Of a stretch of 64,000 nucleotides of DNA, positions 1-13,074 are shown piece after piece; positions within the stretch are counted from its first letter, which is position 1; every line of letters starts with the position of its first letter. Where the stretch lies: NCBI GenBank assembly GCA_951406725.2, contig OX597821.1:25544001-25608000 (forward strand), written 5' to 3'. The position numbers and the translations under genes were made by a program. A model generated the notes under the pieces. That model saw only the letters and a list, made by a program, of their open reading frames with translations, did no database searches and was not told the origin of the DNA. The stretch is from Octopus vulgaris. Taxonomy: Eukaryota.

Positions 1-196
1 ATTATGTACCTGGGACTACACTATGCAATTGTTTATTTTTCAAAAATGGTACAGCATGATTTGAGAGAGATTTGCCTGCTCTTTATAGTATATTAGGAAA
101 AACTCTTGTAAGTGCTTGAGTGTCTATGTGCAAAACTACACACATATGTATATAAGCAAGTATACACATGTATGTATATATACAGACACATATATG

Positions 197-228
<32 letters not shown>

Positions 229-928
229 AAACTACACATACACATATCTAAGTATAAACATACACATGTATATAAGAACACATAGCACATACACATATCT
301 CACTTCAGATGAAACATAATTATTTACTTTCATAAATATTTTATATAAACACTCAAAGCTTGCAAATATAATTGTGTGTCTGTTTGCCTTTTTCTCAATG
401 TGATGTTATAGTGACCTCTGCTTCTCTGAAAATGCTTCCAATCAGCTCCTAGGCTCCACATCAACCAGTATTTGTTCTCCCTACATACATGCGCACATGC
501 GTGTGCATGCACATATACTACAGCTCAAATTTAAAAGTTAGCCTTGTTAACTGCATCGTCTTATCTCTTCCCTATACTCTAGGGAACATTAAACAAGAAG
601 TTATGGGCACTGCTCGTCTACTTCCCCTAATTATGAGAAAGTGCATATTTACAAAAGCTAGAACAGAGAGAGAGAAAGAGAGCGGAGGGACAGAGGAAAG
701 AGAGAGAGAGAGAAGGGGAGAGAGAAAGAGAAGTTTGTGTGTGTGTGTGTGTGTAGGTGCACATTGGTTGTTTAACCCCAAGTCAATCCTGGTAGAACAG
801 ACTTATGATGAAAAGTGTTCCATACTGTCTCTTTTTCAAGACAATGTGGTCGTAATTTGAGAAACATTTAACTGCTATTTCTACCACATCAAACCCACAC
901 ATGAATGCAAGTTCATGTATGTATAGAT

Positions 929-1158
929 TTAACCCTTTAGTATTCAACCTGGTCATACCAGGCCAAAATATTCTACCTGTTTTATAATCAAAGTGGCCAG
1001 ATTTGGTTCCTCACACATACCCTCCAATATCATTCTAAAAATTAAGTTATGTCTTAAAAATTCAAAAGCCATAATATAATGATGCATGAATAATTCAAAA
1101 CAATGTGGATTGAGTAAGTATTACATTTGACAAATTGATCTAAATGCCAATGGGTTAA
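929..1158 (-). mobile_element. TTAA-flanked piggyBac-like MITE, family A
   Basis: Begins ttaa|ccctttag and ends tggg|ttaa. Its ~230-bp body is the reverse complement of the copies at 35338 and 46042. Confidence 0.75.
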
Positions 1159-1352
1159 GAAGTTCATAAAACAAGATTTTTATATATTATAAAAGAAATT
1201 TGGCATTAGGTATTAACCTCAATAATAGATTCCTCTTGGTATAGACAAGGTAAAACAAGCAGGTATTTAAATGTTCTATGTCCACATCACATAAGCCACA
1301 TGTTTTTATAACTATATATTAATGATGAAAGAGAAAGATCAAATGAACTAAC

Positions 1353-1590
1353 CAACCTCTTGCTTCACTAACATCGTTTTTCTTCTATATACACACACTC
1401 TCTTCGTTTTATCTACAGCAATTCTAACAAAATAAACGATCTCTCAAAAAATTACAAGTAGTCTGAGTAATCTGGCAAAAATTATCATGTGAACGTCGAA
1501 CATTTGGATATGTTCTTATACCGTGCAGAAAGAGTGCCACCAATTTCTCCGATGCCTTTTGCTGGACTGGAGAGAGAAAAAAGTGCTTTT
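1353..1590 (-). other. Candidate exon: mostly 5' UTR, possibly ending in a coding start MLVKQEV
   Basis: Minus strand reads gctaatttatatttttag|aaaagc (branch-like CTAAT, pyrimidine tract, AG at 1592-1591) and ends gaggttg|gttagt. All three frames read from the acceptor hit stops. aaaacgATG at 1374 gives MLVKQEV plus 1 nt. Non-repetitive sequence. Confidence 0.3.
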
Positions 1591-1602
1591 CTAAAAATAT
1601 AA

Positions 1603-1840
1603 ATTAGCTCAAAATGTCAGGATCTTTGTCTCTCACACAAAACTGGCTATTCCAAATTTATATACATCTTAAAATTAACTTTCATTTGATAATATACACA
1701 CAAAGACAATTAAATCAAGCATTAGCCTCCCTCAAAATGTCAGGATCCTTGCCTCCTACAGAATACTGTTTCAAAGATAAGAACATCTTAAAATCAACTG
1801 CCATTTGAACACACACACACACACACAATAAAATCAAGTG
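1603..1840. repeat. Diverged tandem duplication, 2 x ~120 bp
   Basis: ctcaaaatgtcaggatc...acatcttaaaat(t/c)aact..catttga..aaatcaag occurs twice, starting near 1608 and 1731. Confidence 0.75.
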
Positions 1841-1980
1841 CTTCATTTTTGTCTGATTATTATCAACTCATAACAATTAACAACTAATTATAATAATTAA
1901 CTAAAATTACATTACTTTGGGACAATTTATAAGAATAGTAAGCAAAAAGTTTTACTTTTACAGCCTTTACCATTAAGTAT

Positions 1981-2190
1981 TACCCCGTTAGCACTTAAAC
2001 TGGTCCATATCCAGCCCAAATATTTTACCTTGTTTTATGTTCAAACTGGCCAGATTTAGCCTCTTAGACTTACCCTAAAATGTCATTCTAAAAATGAACA
2101 CAAATCTTGAAGTTATGAGATAATACATGATTAATTCAAAACAATGTAAATAAATAAGAGCTACATTTGACAGAGTAAACTGAAGTAGCA
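1981..2190 (-). mobile_element. piggyBac-like MITE family A, degenerate
   Basis: Shares ccagcccaaatatt...aatgtcattctaaaaat...acatttgacagagtaa with the other family A copies. Confidence 0.7.
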
Positions 2191-2940
2191 TAACAAAATC
2201 CAACATTACAAATTTCTTTATATATTCATTAGATTGAGTTGAACTGCTAAGAAAGTGGTTCGAGTTTGTCCTATGCACCATTTTGTGTCTTAACACAATG
2301 TACTTATTTAAGTTCCCATATCAGATGAAAATGTATTAAACTTAGTTTGACATTATAAAGGGACATGCATGAGATGCATGATGAAAAACTGTACAGCAGA
2401 CTTGTCTAACCCATGTCAAAATGGAAAGTCAGATGATGGTGATATATCAAAAGTCACAAACATTTCATTCACTTTCACCCAAAATCCACCTTCATTTAAT
2501 GCAATGTAATTTTCGTAATGGATAAACTAAATGAAGAAATCAAGAATCATTTATTTTTAATCCATTTTTCCATGCTAGCTTGGGTCAGATAAACGCATAT
2601 TATTTGAGGCATTATTTTACAACTGGATGACTTTACACACTGATAATGTCAATAAACACTACCAGTTTTAGCTCAATGCTTTCAAGTGGAAGTGCTCAAT
2701 GTCAACATTCACCATGACACAGACTTCACACATACACAATGGACTTGCATTCAGTTTATGCTTACTGAATCCAATTTCAAAGGCACTGGTCAGTTCACAG
2801 CCAGAGAAGAATACACATGCCCTTGGTGATGTGCAGTGAGATAAAGCAAGAGTAAATCATAACAAAGCGAGCTCAGTATCCAACTGTCTATCTACACACA
2901 CATCTATCTACCTCTATACCTACATACTGTCTGTTTATAT

Positions 2941-3289
2941 CACGGGTTGCCAAACTTTCTTGATCATCGACCCCCTTTAGCCACTTCTTCTGCATACAAC
3001 AAATTAAGAAATTCTATTGAAGATGACACACTTTTTACACTTAAGATAACATGTACGAGTATACAGTATTAAGCTTTCAATTTTTATAAAATTGTCTCCG
3101 TGGTCAGAAAATGTGAAAAACACATCATATTGTTGGAATATCTTTTACTGAAATTGACAGCATCAATGTGAGAGATGAGCATGGCATTAAGTATTTCAAG
3201 CAGTTACCCATTCAACCCCTTGGCTATCATCAACCCCATGTAATTCCTTGCCAGCCCCTGGGGGTCCCTCGAGTCTTTGGCGACCCCTG
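2941..3289. mobile_element. hAT-like MITE
   Basis: Termini cacgggttgccaaa ... tttggcgacccctg are imperfect inverted repeats. Flanking 8-mers gtttatat / ggctatat match at 6 of 8 positions. Confidence 0.6.
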
Positions 3290-4302
3290 GGCTATATCTA
3301 TCTACCTATATCCATACACATATAAGTACACTATACGCCTCTCTCTAACAACCACACACATATCAGTATCAACTGCCCAACAGTTATGCCTTTATGCTGT
3401 AATTATCACTGACTCGTCAATATCGAACAAATAAACCTGTAACATTAGACACATACACTTTATTTCTGAATGACATTAATAGACATTTATTGCTGTACTA
3501 TTATTATTAATTACAAATTATTTTTAAACAACACATTTTCAAACGCGATTTATGTGTAGCAAAACTTATGTGCTTTTTTTGTTCATAAAAGAATTCTGAA
3601 ACAATATAACTAGAAACGGAAAAGTAAATTAGCTGCACTAAAATAGCCAAGATCAACCTGCATGAAGTGGAATTTCAAACCAAAACTTCCATAACAATGT
3701 CTATTAAATTCTCTTGAAAGTTGATTATTTTAAACCAAACATTTTCCAGCTAAACAATAAAAAAAGTTAACCAGTGTTTAAAATAAGAAACAAAACGGTA
3801 ATGAAAAATAAATTGATTGCCGTAATAAATTGATTTCAGCTCATTTAACAGATGGCTAAAACATTATTTCCATACCACTTCACATAGGAATTCTAAGTTG
3901 AGTATCTAGTAATGCCATTTTATATTTACAACACATTTAGACAATATTATATTAAAATGTTCATTTATGTAAATTTAAAAAGTTAACTATACATTTCAAA
4001 GTATGGGCTGTGACCATTTTGATAGGAAAACAAGATTTCAACTTCAAATTACTAGTGATTTAATAATGGTGAATAAATATATCAGAAATCGGCATTATGT
4101 ACAGGCTATGGCTGTGTAGTTAAGAAGTTCACCTTAAAACTAAGTAGTTTCAGGTTTGATCTAGGTGTCACTTTGGGCAAATATTTTCTACAGTTTAGGG
4201 TTAATCACACCCCTTGCCAATGAAATTTGGCAGATGAAAATATACAGCTCATTGTATATGCATACACACACACACACACACACACATATATATGTGTGTG
4301 AT

Positions 4303-4640
4303 GGGGCATGGCTTAGAGGTTAGAGTATCGAGCTTACGATTGTGAGGTTGTGAGTTTTATTCTTGGACCAGGCTGCGTGTTGTGTTCTTGAGCAAGACAC
4401 TTTCTTTCCTGTTGCTCTAGTTCACTCAGCTGTAGAAATGAGGTGCAACATCAGTGGTGCCAAGCTGTACTGGCCTCTGCCTTTCCCTTAGACAACATCA
4501 GTTACATGAAGATGGAAGACTGGTATGCTTGGGTGACTGCTGGTCTTCCACAAGCACCCTTACCCAGACTTCTGTCTTGGAGAGTAACTGTCTAGGTGCA
4601 ATCCTATGGTCATTCGTGACTGAAAAGGGTCTTTACTCCT
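4303..4640 (+). mobile_element. tRNA-derived SINE with CORE-like body, family S3
   Basis: A-box-like tggcttagagg head, then ttcttgagcaagacactt. A homologous minus-strand copy lies at 27405-27735 and a partial copy at 45192-45400. Confidence 0.7.
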
Positions 4641-6274
4641 TACTCCATATATCTGTATGTATGTATTTACAACCACACCAGTGCAAACATGAACAGATAT
4701 TGGTTTTTTTTATAAGGTGAGGTTTCATTTTTTAAGGACATGTGACTTGAGAGAAAGTAGACTGGTTATATTCGTAGCTTAAGTAAACTGCCAATAAAAA
4801 CCTATCTGTATATCAGGGATTACAATCTTCAATTAAAAGCAACAGTATGTGATTTGTGGGATCCTTGGTTGCTACTTTTAGCAGCTCAACATACTACATA
4901 AAGACACTATTAGGTGTGTTGCTGTTTGGTTCTAGATTAGCTCTGATCAAACAGAGCCACAACGAAAGGGGTTCAAACCTTAACTATCGTCTTTTTGTAC
5001 ACTGGAAACAAGATAATCCAATGTATCCTCACTTTTTACAAGGGCAGCTCATTATGATTTGAATTAAATTTGGCTGCTGTGTCTGGTAGCTTGAATAACC
5101 GACTGCTCAATCACACGCAAAACACTCATCTCATCAAGATGTTTCTTGCACATCAAAGCTTGGTTTAGCCTGTGATACCTAAGAACAGTGAGGTATGCAC
5201 CTAAGATATATAGGTTAGCATCCCAACCTGTGTCTTATGTGAGGAAAAAGCCCAGCAAGAAAGCTACAAGAACTGACTTCAGGAGATCCTGAGAAGAGTG
5301 GGAAAATGAGGCTTAGCTGAACCAAAGATTAACAATTCATACAAACAACCAAATCATAACTTGGAGCTGTGGAAAATTGTGCAAGAACTATCAAAGCCCT
5401 AAAACCCAACACACCAGAATGAAATGCATGAAACTAGAGAATGAGCTGTGATACATAAGCCTTGGACTCGCTGAGATACAGGGGGGAGAGCTCAGCCAAG
5501 AATCATCTCAGAGCCCAAACATTCCATACATCACAGCAAGACCCAAAACACTTACTGACTCTAGATTACATCAAGTCATCTAGGAATTGCATCTTGCATA
5601 CATACACAGTGAACTTATTAATTGATTGAAATATTTTTTATATCATTCTCTCAAAGAATTTATCAAAATTCATTCATGTTTAGTTTAAATATTTCTACCT
5701 ACTACACTAAGTAATTTCAAAACAAAAATGTCCTGGTACCACTCATACGAAGCATTTTATGCATTTATTTCCTATTGCAATTTTTTTTTAACAATAGCAA
5801 TGTTGGTTACTGAATTGCAAACTCATCTTTCTGATTCATTGAAGTTTTTACAGCTTTTGTAACACTAAGGTGCATATAAAATATTGCTGATGTTTACAAC
5901 TTTCAACAATAACTGGAGAATGTAAATATGTGTACATACATACATACATACATACATACATACACACACACATATAACTGATTTAAAAAAGTGATTTTTT
6001 AACAAAAAATCAGACTGTTTTGTTTAGAACTAAATATTAAAGATGTTTTATCTTATTTCATTTAATATAATCCACTATTTATCTCAATAACACAGAGAAG
6101 AAAGATCAAAAACCTGGGTTACTCCCCCACCCCCAAAAAAAACATTATCATCACATAGATATTGGGCCCCCATACTCAATAAATGCAATTATTAAATTAG
6201 AATATTTTATTTATATCACAGTATTTTGAAGTCGTTCCATTAATTTACACAATCTACATCATCATTACAAAGTC

Positions 6275-6511
6275 TTTTTTCACTGTTCTGTAATCATATT
6301 TCTAATGAACTAAATGCCTATGTATTTTCAATTAATTTTGAAAATATTTAACAATTTGGAGGGATTTAATACAATAATTAACTTGTTCATTAAGCTGGTA
6401 TTGAGAACAACAAAAGGTTCTTGCATAAAATTATGATGGGATGTTTTTTTTTTTACATAAGCACACATTAAGGCCATGGAACCAGAGATAGGCTGGTACC
6501 AAAAAGGTTAA
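6275..6511. mobile_element. TTAA-ended MITE family B, degenerate
   Basis: Ends ggctggtaccaaaaagg|ttaa. Internal caattaattttgaaaa and aagctggt motifs are shared with the copies at 15523 and 42424. Confidence 0.55.
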
Positions 6512-7091
6512 GAGAAATACAATCTGTTTGACATTTTTAAGTAAAATCTAACTAAAAAGTGCTGGTGAAATAACAAAGGTATTCAATTTATCACTGTTGC
6601 TATGATGTTATGTGAGGCAAATGAATGTAATTTTTGCCACCATCAATAAATACGGGAGTAGGTTCCATTTCAAAGATGATGGTTATTTCACATGAACCTG
6701 TACAACCAACAACAACTGTAACAATAATTACAAGTATCTAAACTTGTTGAACCATTCAACCCATGCTATATTTGGAAAGAATTAGATACATTAGATGTTT
6801 TATTCTAAAACATATTTTTCAAATACATCTTGATAAGCTAAATATGACGTAAACTGGCTTTATATGTAACACAAAATCTTATTGTCCACTCTTTATAAAT
6901 CATTAGGCCTGTAACCCTAAATCATTGTTGCATTTGTAGCAACCAGTGAAAACCTATCCAGCCACCAACAAAACAAGGCCTGAAGCAGGAGCATCAAAAG
7001 ATCTAAAACATCACACTATACCACATAATGCTTTCCAGAAAGAGTCACCACCAAACCACCAATCAGAACACTCGTATCTCTTTCTCTCTTT

Positions 7092-7121
<30 letters not shown>

Positions 7122-7122
<1 letters not shown>

Positions 7123-7520
7123 TTTATTTAAAAGCAGCAGAAATATAACAAAAGCTGTTACTCAGAGTTTCACGCTCCCGTTCGCAGGACAGTTTTGTTA
7201 AAATGGAACAGAAATAATGATAAAATCAAAACTAGTTAAAGGATACACCTTTAATTTTGTTCATTGCATGCTTAAGACTGTTAATTGAAAGGACCAATGA
7301 AACAAATCCATTTTTAAAGGTGTATCTTTTAAATAGTTTTGATTAAATCATTATTTTTTTGTTCCATTTTAACAAAAATGTCAAATGAACGGGAACATGA
7401 AACTCTGAGTAACAGCTTTTGTTATATTTCTGCTGCTTTTAAATAAAGCATATTACTCTACCTCTGGTATTTGAGTACTCTTTTCCCCACCTTGTTTCAC
7501 ATTTATGTGCTTACTCCACT
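7122..7520 (+). mobile_element. Penelope-like element remnant: inverted pseudo-LTR pair with degenerate minimal hammerhead motifs
   Basis: Arms 7122-7254 and 7314-7448 are reverse complements. Each carries a core-like segment, then acgggaacat or acgggagcgt, then GAAActctgagTAacag, in hammerhead order. Confidence 0.6.
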
Positions 7521-8110
7521 ACATATATATTTATTTATTTACACATACAATATTCAGCTTCACTTATCATAGTAGAATAAGATATGTGAACCAAATCTCA
7601 TCACTGCAAGTCAACACGTGTGAAAATACATGAGCAGAAAGGAACAGCCTAGGTTCCGAAAAGGAAAGACTGAGGGCTGGACATAAAAAGGGTGATGAGA
7701 GAGGGAAGGACAGACAAGTGGATCCAAAATCACTGAGTGGAGGTGACATGAACCAAGCCAGACCTAAGGAGGTAGAGGCCACTGTAGTAATTGGAGAAAA
7801 GGCTGAGGAGAAAATGCATCCGAAAACCACAAGGTGAGGCATGTCAGAGTGACTTTATGCCAGTTCTTTTCTGGATACAGATTATGAAAACTGTGTTCAC
7901 AGCAGCACTGTCCCAGACATTACAGAGATACACCAGTGTATGGCTTCACTTTAGCTTTGTTGAGTGTCAATGATTGGGAGAAAGGAATATTTTATGGCCT
8001 TGAAATGAAGAACCAAGTCATTAGGATGTGTTTCAGGGTGGGGTATGATGTGATGTTTTATTGATGGAAGTAATGTTCATGTTTACTTGCTGTTGAAAGT
8101 GACAAGACTA

Positions 8111-8153
<43 letters not shown>

Positions 8154-10587
8154 CCTCCAAACTGATAGTTCTACAACTAGTTTTTTTGTTTTTTTTGTTT
8201 TGTTTTTTTTTTTGCCTCAAACACAGCCATCAGAAGTTCATCAACATTTGTGAATGAATGAGTCACAGCTTAAAAGATTTGTACATAATTTGGCTGCTAA
8301 TTTAACCTGTTATAATGGGACAAAATTTCAGACTGAAAACTGGTCACCAGAACAACTAATCGGTGTCGTTTAGCAACATTATGAATCATTAATCTAAAAG
8401 ATTTATTCTGCTCTATGTTACTGTGAGGGCTGGGAAAGGGGACCAAGCCAGTTTAACAAATAACGACAGGGAGTTGTAAAAGGCAGAGCATCAACACATG
8501 CAGACTCTTCTTCATTTGAACAACTTCAAATGGCTATTGTTACTTAATATAGAAAAAAAAAAGCACAGCACAGCCAGTGCTGTCTAACAAGGAATTAAGC
8601 ATGCCATTAATAGGATTGTTGCTGCTTTTCAAGATAGATTTATGTAGGCCAACAAAACGTTATTTTACAGCAAATTTATTTCATTAGCTTTTGCAGATAA
8701 AAAATAAACTGTCATTAGAAATGTAAATATATTTAACAAACATGTTCCCTTTAATGGTTAATTGAAATTCATTTGATAACCATAGAGCTTGATTCCATAA
8801 CATCCTCTCAAAATCTTGTCTCCTACTAATATTCAGGTTAGAGATTTTCACCGTAAACTTCTCTTGAACTTGTGGTTAGTAAAAGATATGAAATAACCAT
8901 ATACAGCGTAGTAATATCGATATAGATGCAGTTACAGCTATGCAGTAAAGAAATTTACATCGTGGACAAATATTTTCGAGATTGTAGCCTTAGGTTGACC
9001 CATGCCTAGTAAGTGGAATTTGCAGAAAACTGTGCAGAAGCCTGATGTATATATATCACCATTTTAACACCTGGTTTACATACTGGCATGGGTTGGATGA
9101 TTCGACAGGAGCTGGCCGACTGGAGAGCTGTCCAGGCTCCAGTTGTCTGTTTCTACAGCTAGATGCCCTTCCTAACACCAATCACTGTGCCGAGTGCTTC
9201 AGAGAGGGACAGTTCTGCTTAAGTTTACTGGTGTGTTGTGTAGTGTTCTCTTATATTTAAAATGTAACTTAATAATTTGATAAACAGTAATTGATAAAAT
9301 GAGTACCAAACTGGAAATCAGATCCCTATGACTAACTCTTGAAGGTAGTGCACCAGCATAGCAGCAGTTCAAAAGTAGAAACAAGCAAAAATGTATACAT
9401 ACTGTAGTAATATATGATTGTGACTACAGACTATAGTAATAAGGCTATACAAGATAGTAATAAATTTGTATTTCCCATTGTTTTATTTATGTGTGCAAAC
9501 ATGTGTACATAAGTCATGTATACAAAGAGTATAGGGAATGTGTGTACAAAGTGTATACAAAGGCTCGTGTGTGTGTGTGTACCTACATATAATGCAGATT
9601 AATATAAAAGTAATGTAGGTACCAGTATACATAAAATAAAAATATGGGTTCAAGCAAAATGGTTAACTGGACAAGAGATATACTGTATGAACCTAATCAG
9701 CCCTAAATAATGTGGAAATACAAATTTTCATTGCTAACGCCTTAGACATTATTTAGATAACTCAGTCTCTTTGGTCCACTGGCAGGTAGTGTATTTATCA
9801 TACAAACATACACAATCTATTCCCCTAGCATGCAGAAAAAAAAACAGTCCATGTTTCTTTGGTATTGGTTACAGTTTGTCTCTATTATATCTACTGGTGT
9901 TTACTAGCCAATGCTGAAGACTGTACTGGTCTAATTCAGCTATCTTTGTATATAAGGTACAGTGGAAAAAACAGTAAATTCAGAGTTGAAACAGAGATAA
10001 TTGAACAATGAAATATTTTGTGGCTGAAGTAGAATCTTAATGATATCTGGATTAATGAGCACTCAATGTCCATTCATTGTGTCCATGCAAACTCAAGTCC
10101 ACCAAGCTGTAAATATGCACCCGATGTTAAATACAGCCCACCGCAGCAAACCTTGCATCAGTATGTCTAGTTGGTTTTCAGTGTTTGAGCATCAGATCTC
10201 TAAGGGATGGGAGACTCACTCTAGGATACTTTTCTACAGGAACTTTACATATACCTTGATTGGTGGGTCAGCAGGAGTCAGAACTTAATTAAAATTCTTT
10301 GTAATACAGGGCCAAAATGAAATCATTTGACAGCTTTTTTCACAAGAAGACATACAATAACACTGATTTTCCTCACTTATCTCTAAGTGAACTACATAAG
10401 TTAGACTGGCTAACAATTGTAAATAAATAAATAGACTACATTTTAGGCTGGTGCTTCTTAAAGTGAGTGGTACTGTCTTCAGTGGTACTGAAAAATTTCA
10501 TATGGGCACTAGAGACAAAGGGACAATAAGGGGAAGGGGTTGAGAGGTGTATTTATACAGTTTTTTTAAGTCTCTCACAGCACTGTT

Positions 10588-10810
10588 TTAGTCCATTTTA
10601 GCATTCAGATTACTGTCAAATGTAAAGCTTAATCATTCACATCATTTTGAATTAATCATAGCTTTGAGATTTTAATGATATAAATGTTTATTTTTCAGAA
10701 GGATATTGTAGGGTAGGTGTGAGAAGCTGAATCTGGCTAGTTTCAACATAACACAGGACAGACTGGATATTTTGGGCAAATATAACCAGTTTAAATGCTA
10801 AAGGGATAAA
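10588..10810 (+). mobile_element. piggyBac-like MITE family A
   Basis: tttagcattcagatt...gtagggtaggtgtgaga...aaatgctaaaggg matches the family consensus. Confidence 0.7.
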
Positions 10811-11654
10811 CATTAAATTTTAAAATATAAAACAATAAACTGCTGGCTGGCTACAATCACAATATCAATAACATTATACAACAACAAGAATTCAAAACGT
10901 AAATAAGTAAATAAGCAAAATTAAGTATATACCACTTATGATTATTGTAGGGTGGTGCTATAGTAAGTAGTTACTCATGTTAAACTAAAATCTGGAATAA
11001 AATTATTTGAGCTAGATGTTATGTGTATGTACAATAAAAGAGAGTTGTGCTGAATTATGGTAGGGGTGCATTGAGAAAGTGTAAGTTGAAAAAAAAAAGG
11101 GGGTCAATAGTTTAAAAAGTTTGAGAAGCAGTGTTCTGTTTTTTTGGGGTTTTTTTTTTTGCCAGGAGGAAAAGGATACAGTGTCAGATATCATGATTAC
11201 ATATAAATCCAATATTATAAACCATAGGAGCACTGCAGCACTCAATTCAAGTTATCCAACAAACTAAGGCGACAACACACAGACAGACTAGACCAACTGA
11301 GAACCTCTTTTATGTGATTTCATCAATTTATTTTGACAAAAATAAAAATTGATTTAATTTGAGTGAATATAGTAGTATTGTGCTACTGGAAAGAGATCCA
11401 GTCATTCTTTTCAAAGTAGTTACAAAAAGGAAAAAAAAAGCTACAGAATATAAGAAGTCTTGTGTCGCCAACACTAGAATTTCTAACACTTGGCAAAACT
11501 GTAGCTGTCCCTAACATTAGTCTTTCTATGGTCTGAGTTTGTTTCACCAGTATCAACTTCACTTTTCAACTTTCCAGGTTGTTTAATATTGAATTCAATT
11601 AGCTATACACTCTCTTCGAGATGTGGACTTCTGTCCGAGTCAGAAGAAACCATA

Positions 11655-13042
11655 ATTATTAAGTTGCTCGGAGTTTGGTTTGGTCCAGACTTTCAGGTGG
11701 AGAAAAACTGGGACAAGGTGATGAGCGGGGAAGCCAACCCCATCCAGAAATGGGCCGAGAGGAAGCTGTCCCTGAAAGGGCCAGCGGAGGTGGCGAATGC
11801 GTACATTGCATCCGTCATCTATTATTGCTTGACTGTCATCCCTTGCCGTTTGCTGGTTGATCAAGCTGGTGCGCTTACTCTTCCGCTTTCTGTGGAAGGA
11901 GCACATTCCACTGGTCAGACGCTCCACCTGCTATCAGCAGCTGCTGAATGGAGGGCTGGGTATGCCATGGTTGCTGATGCGCAGACATGTGCTGAGGTTG
12001 TGGAATCTCTAGCATTTCCTTGACAGTGAGGTGTGGTCACTGTTTGTAAGAGACAGTTTCCCACAGCTCATCTCTTTGACTGAGCTGCAATCCTAGATTA
12101 GGTGTAGACCGAGGAGGGACGCTTGGCACCCCAAGTGCCATCAAGCACCCACAGCCCTCCACCAAGCAGGCAATGCAGTCGGTGGTAGTGCCACTCTAGC
12201 ATTCTATAGAGGGCTGGTGGAAGGAATGTGCAATGACATTCTTGGGGAAACTCTGGGCGTTGATGAAGATCAACTAACCGGTCTGTTTTGAGAACTTTCG
12301 GGCCTGGGCCTATGGATAACTTCCAGAAATTCCTTGCCTGGCAGTGCTACCAAGGAGTGCTGCCTGTTCAGGATAACTGTACAGACACAGAAGTGTTGTC
12401 AGCCAGGCCTGCCTAAAGTGCACCCAGAACAATGAAACTGTTCTGCACACCCTAGTCCAGTGCCCGAGTATTACCGACCTGTGGGTTTATGCCAAACACC
12501 TGCTGTCTTATGTAGGACGGATCCAGCTATCAGCTGAATCCATTGTGAAGATTGCCCTGCTGCCTCCTTTTGGCAGGGAGGGGAAGGTAATTTTTATTTG
12601 TCTAGTGGCTGTAGCAAAAGAGGTAGTATGGTGGACCCATTTGAAAGGGTTAAAGACAAACACTTACCTCTTTGACCAAGCCCTCATCAACTTTTTCAAG
12701 TTTCACTTGAAAAGGAAGTTGAGGGTGAAGAGGGAAGTGTTGCCTCATTGCAAGTTTGGTGAAAGGTGGGTGACTGTTGGAAGAATGGCCAGTCTGAAAG
12801 GACCAATTCTGAGTGTGCACCTATAAAAAAAAAAAGGGCTCTTGCCCTGTTGTTCAGGTACCTGTGGCTTTTGTTGGTTTTTTCCCTACGAGGACCTTAA
12901 AGCGCCTCCCCTATTGGGAGTTTAATTTGTTTAATGTTTAATTGTTATTTGAAAACTCATTGTATTGTCCTGTTTTTGTCTTTTATGTTGTTGCATGTCT
13001 TTTAATGTTTTGTATGTGAGCCCTTGTGGCCAATAAAAGAAT
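11655..13042 (+). mobile_element. 5'-truncated L1/Tx1-clade LINE: degenerate ORF2 C-terminus and 3' UTR
   Basis: Translates to IKLLGVWFG..NWDKV..IQKWAERKLSLKG..VANAYIAS, then GGLGMP in another frame, and the CCHC knuckle CLKCTQNNETVLHTLVQC at 12410-12463. Frameshifts and stops are present. A T-rich 3' UTR ends gagcccttgtggccaataaaag followed by (att)n. Confidence 0.85.
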
Positions 13043-13074
13043 TATTATTACTATTATTATTATTATCATTATCA

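Noticed and set aside
330-512. 60-aa minus-strand ORF as the next coding exon after MLVKQEV
   Set aside because: The acceptor lacks a pyrimidine tract, and the phase-1 continuation hits a stop within a few codons.
5150-5590. Possible degenerate restriction-like-endonuclease LINE fragment
   Set aside because: Only a compositional impression; no clear motif could be translated.
7620-8100. Possible minus-strand LINE remnant
   Set aside because: Purine skew suggests a TE, but no diagnostic motif was found.
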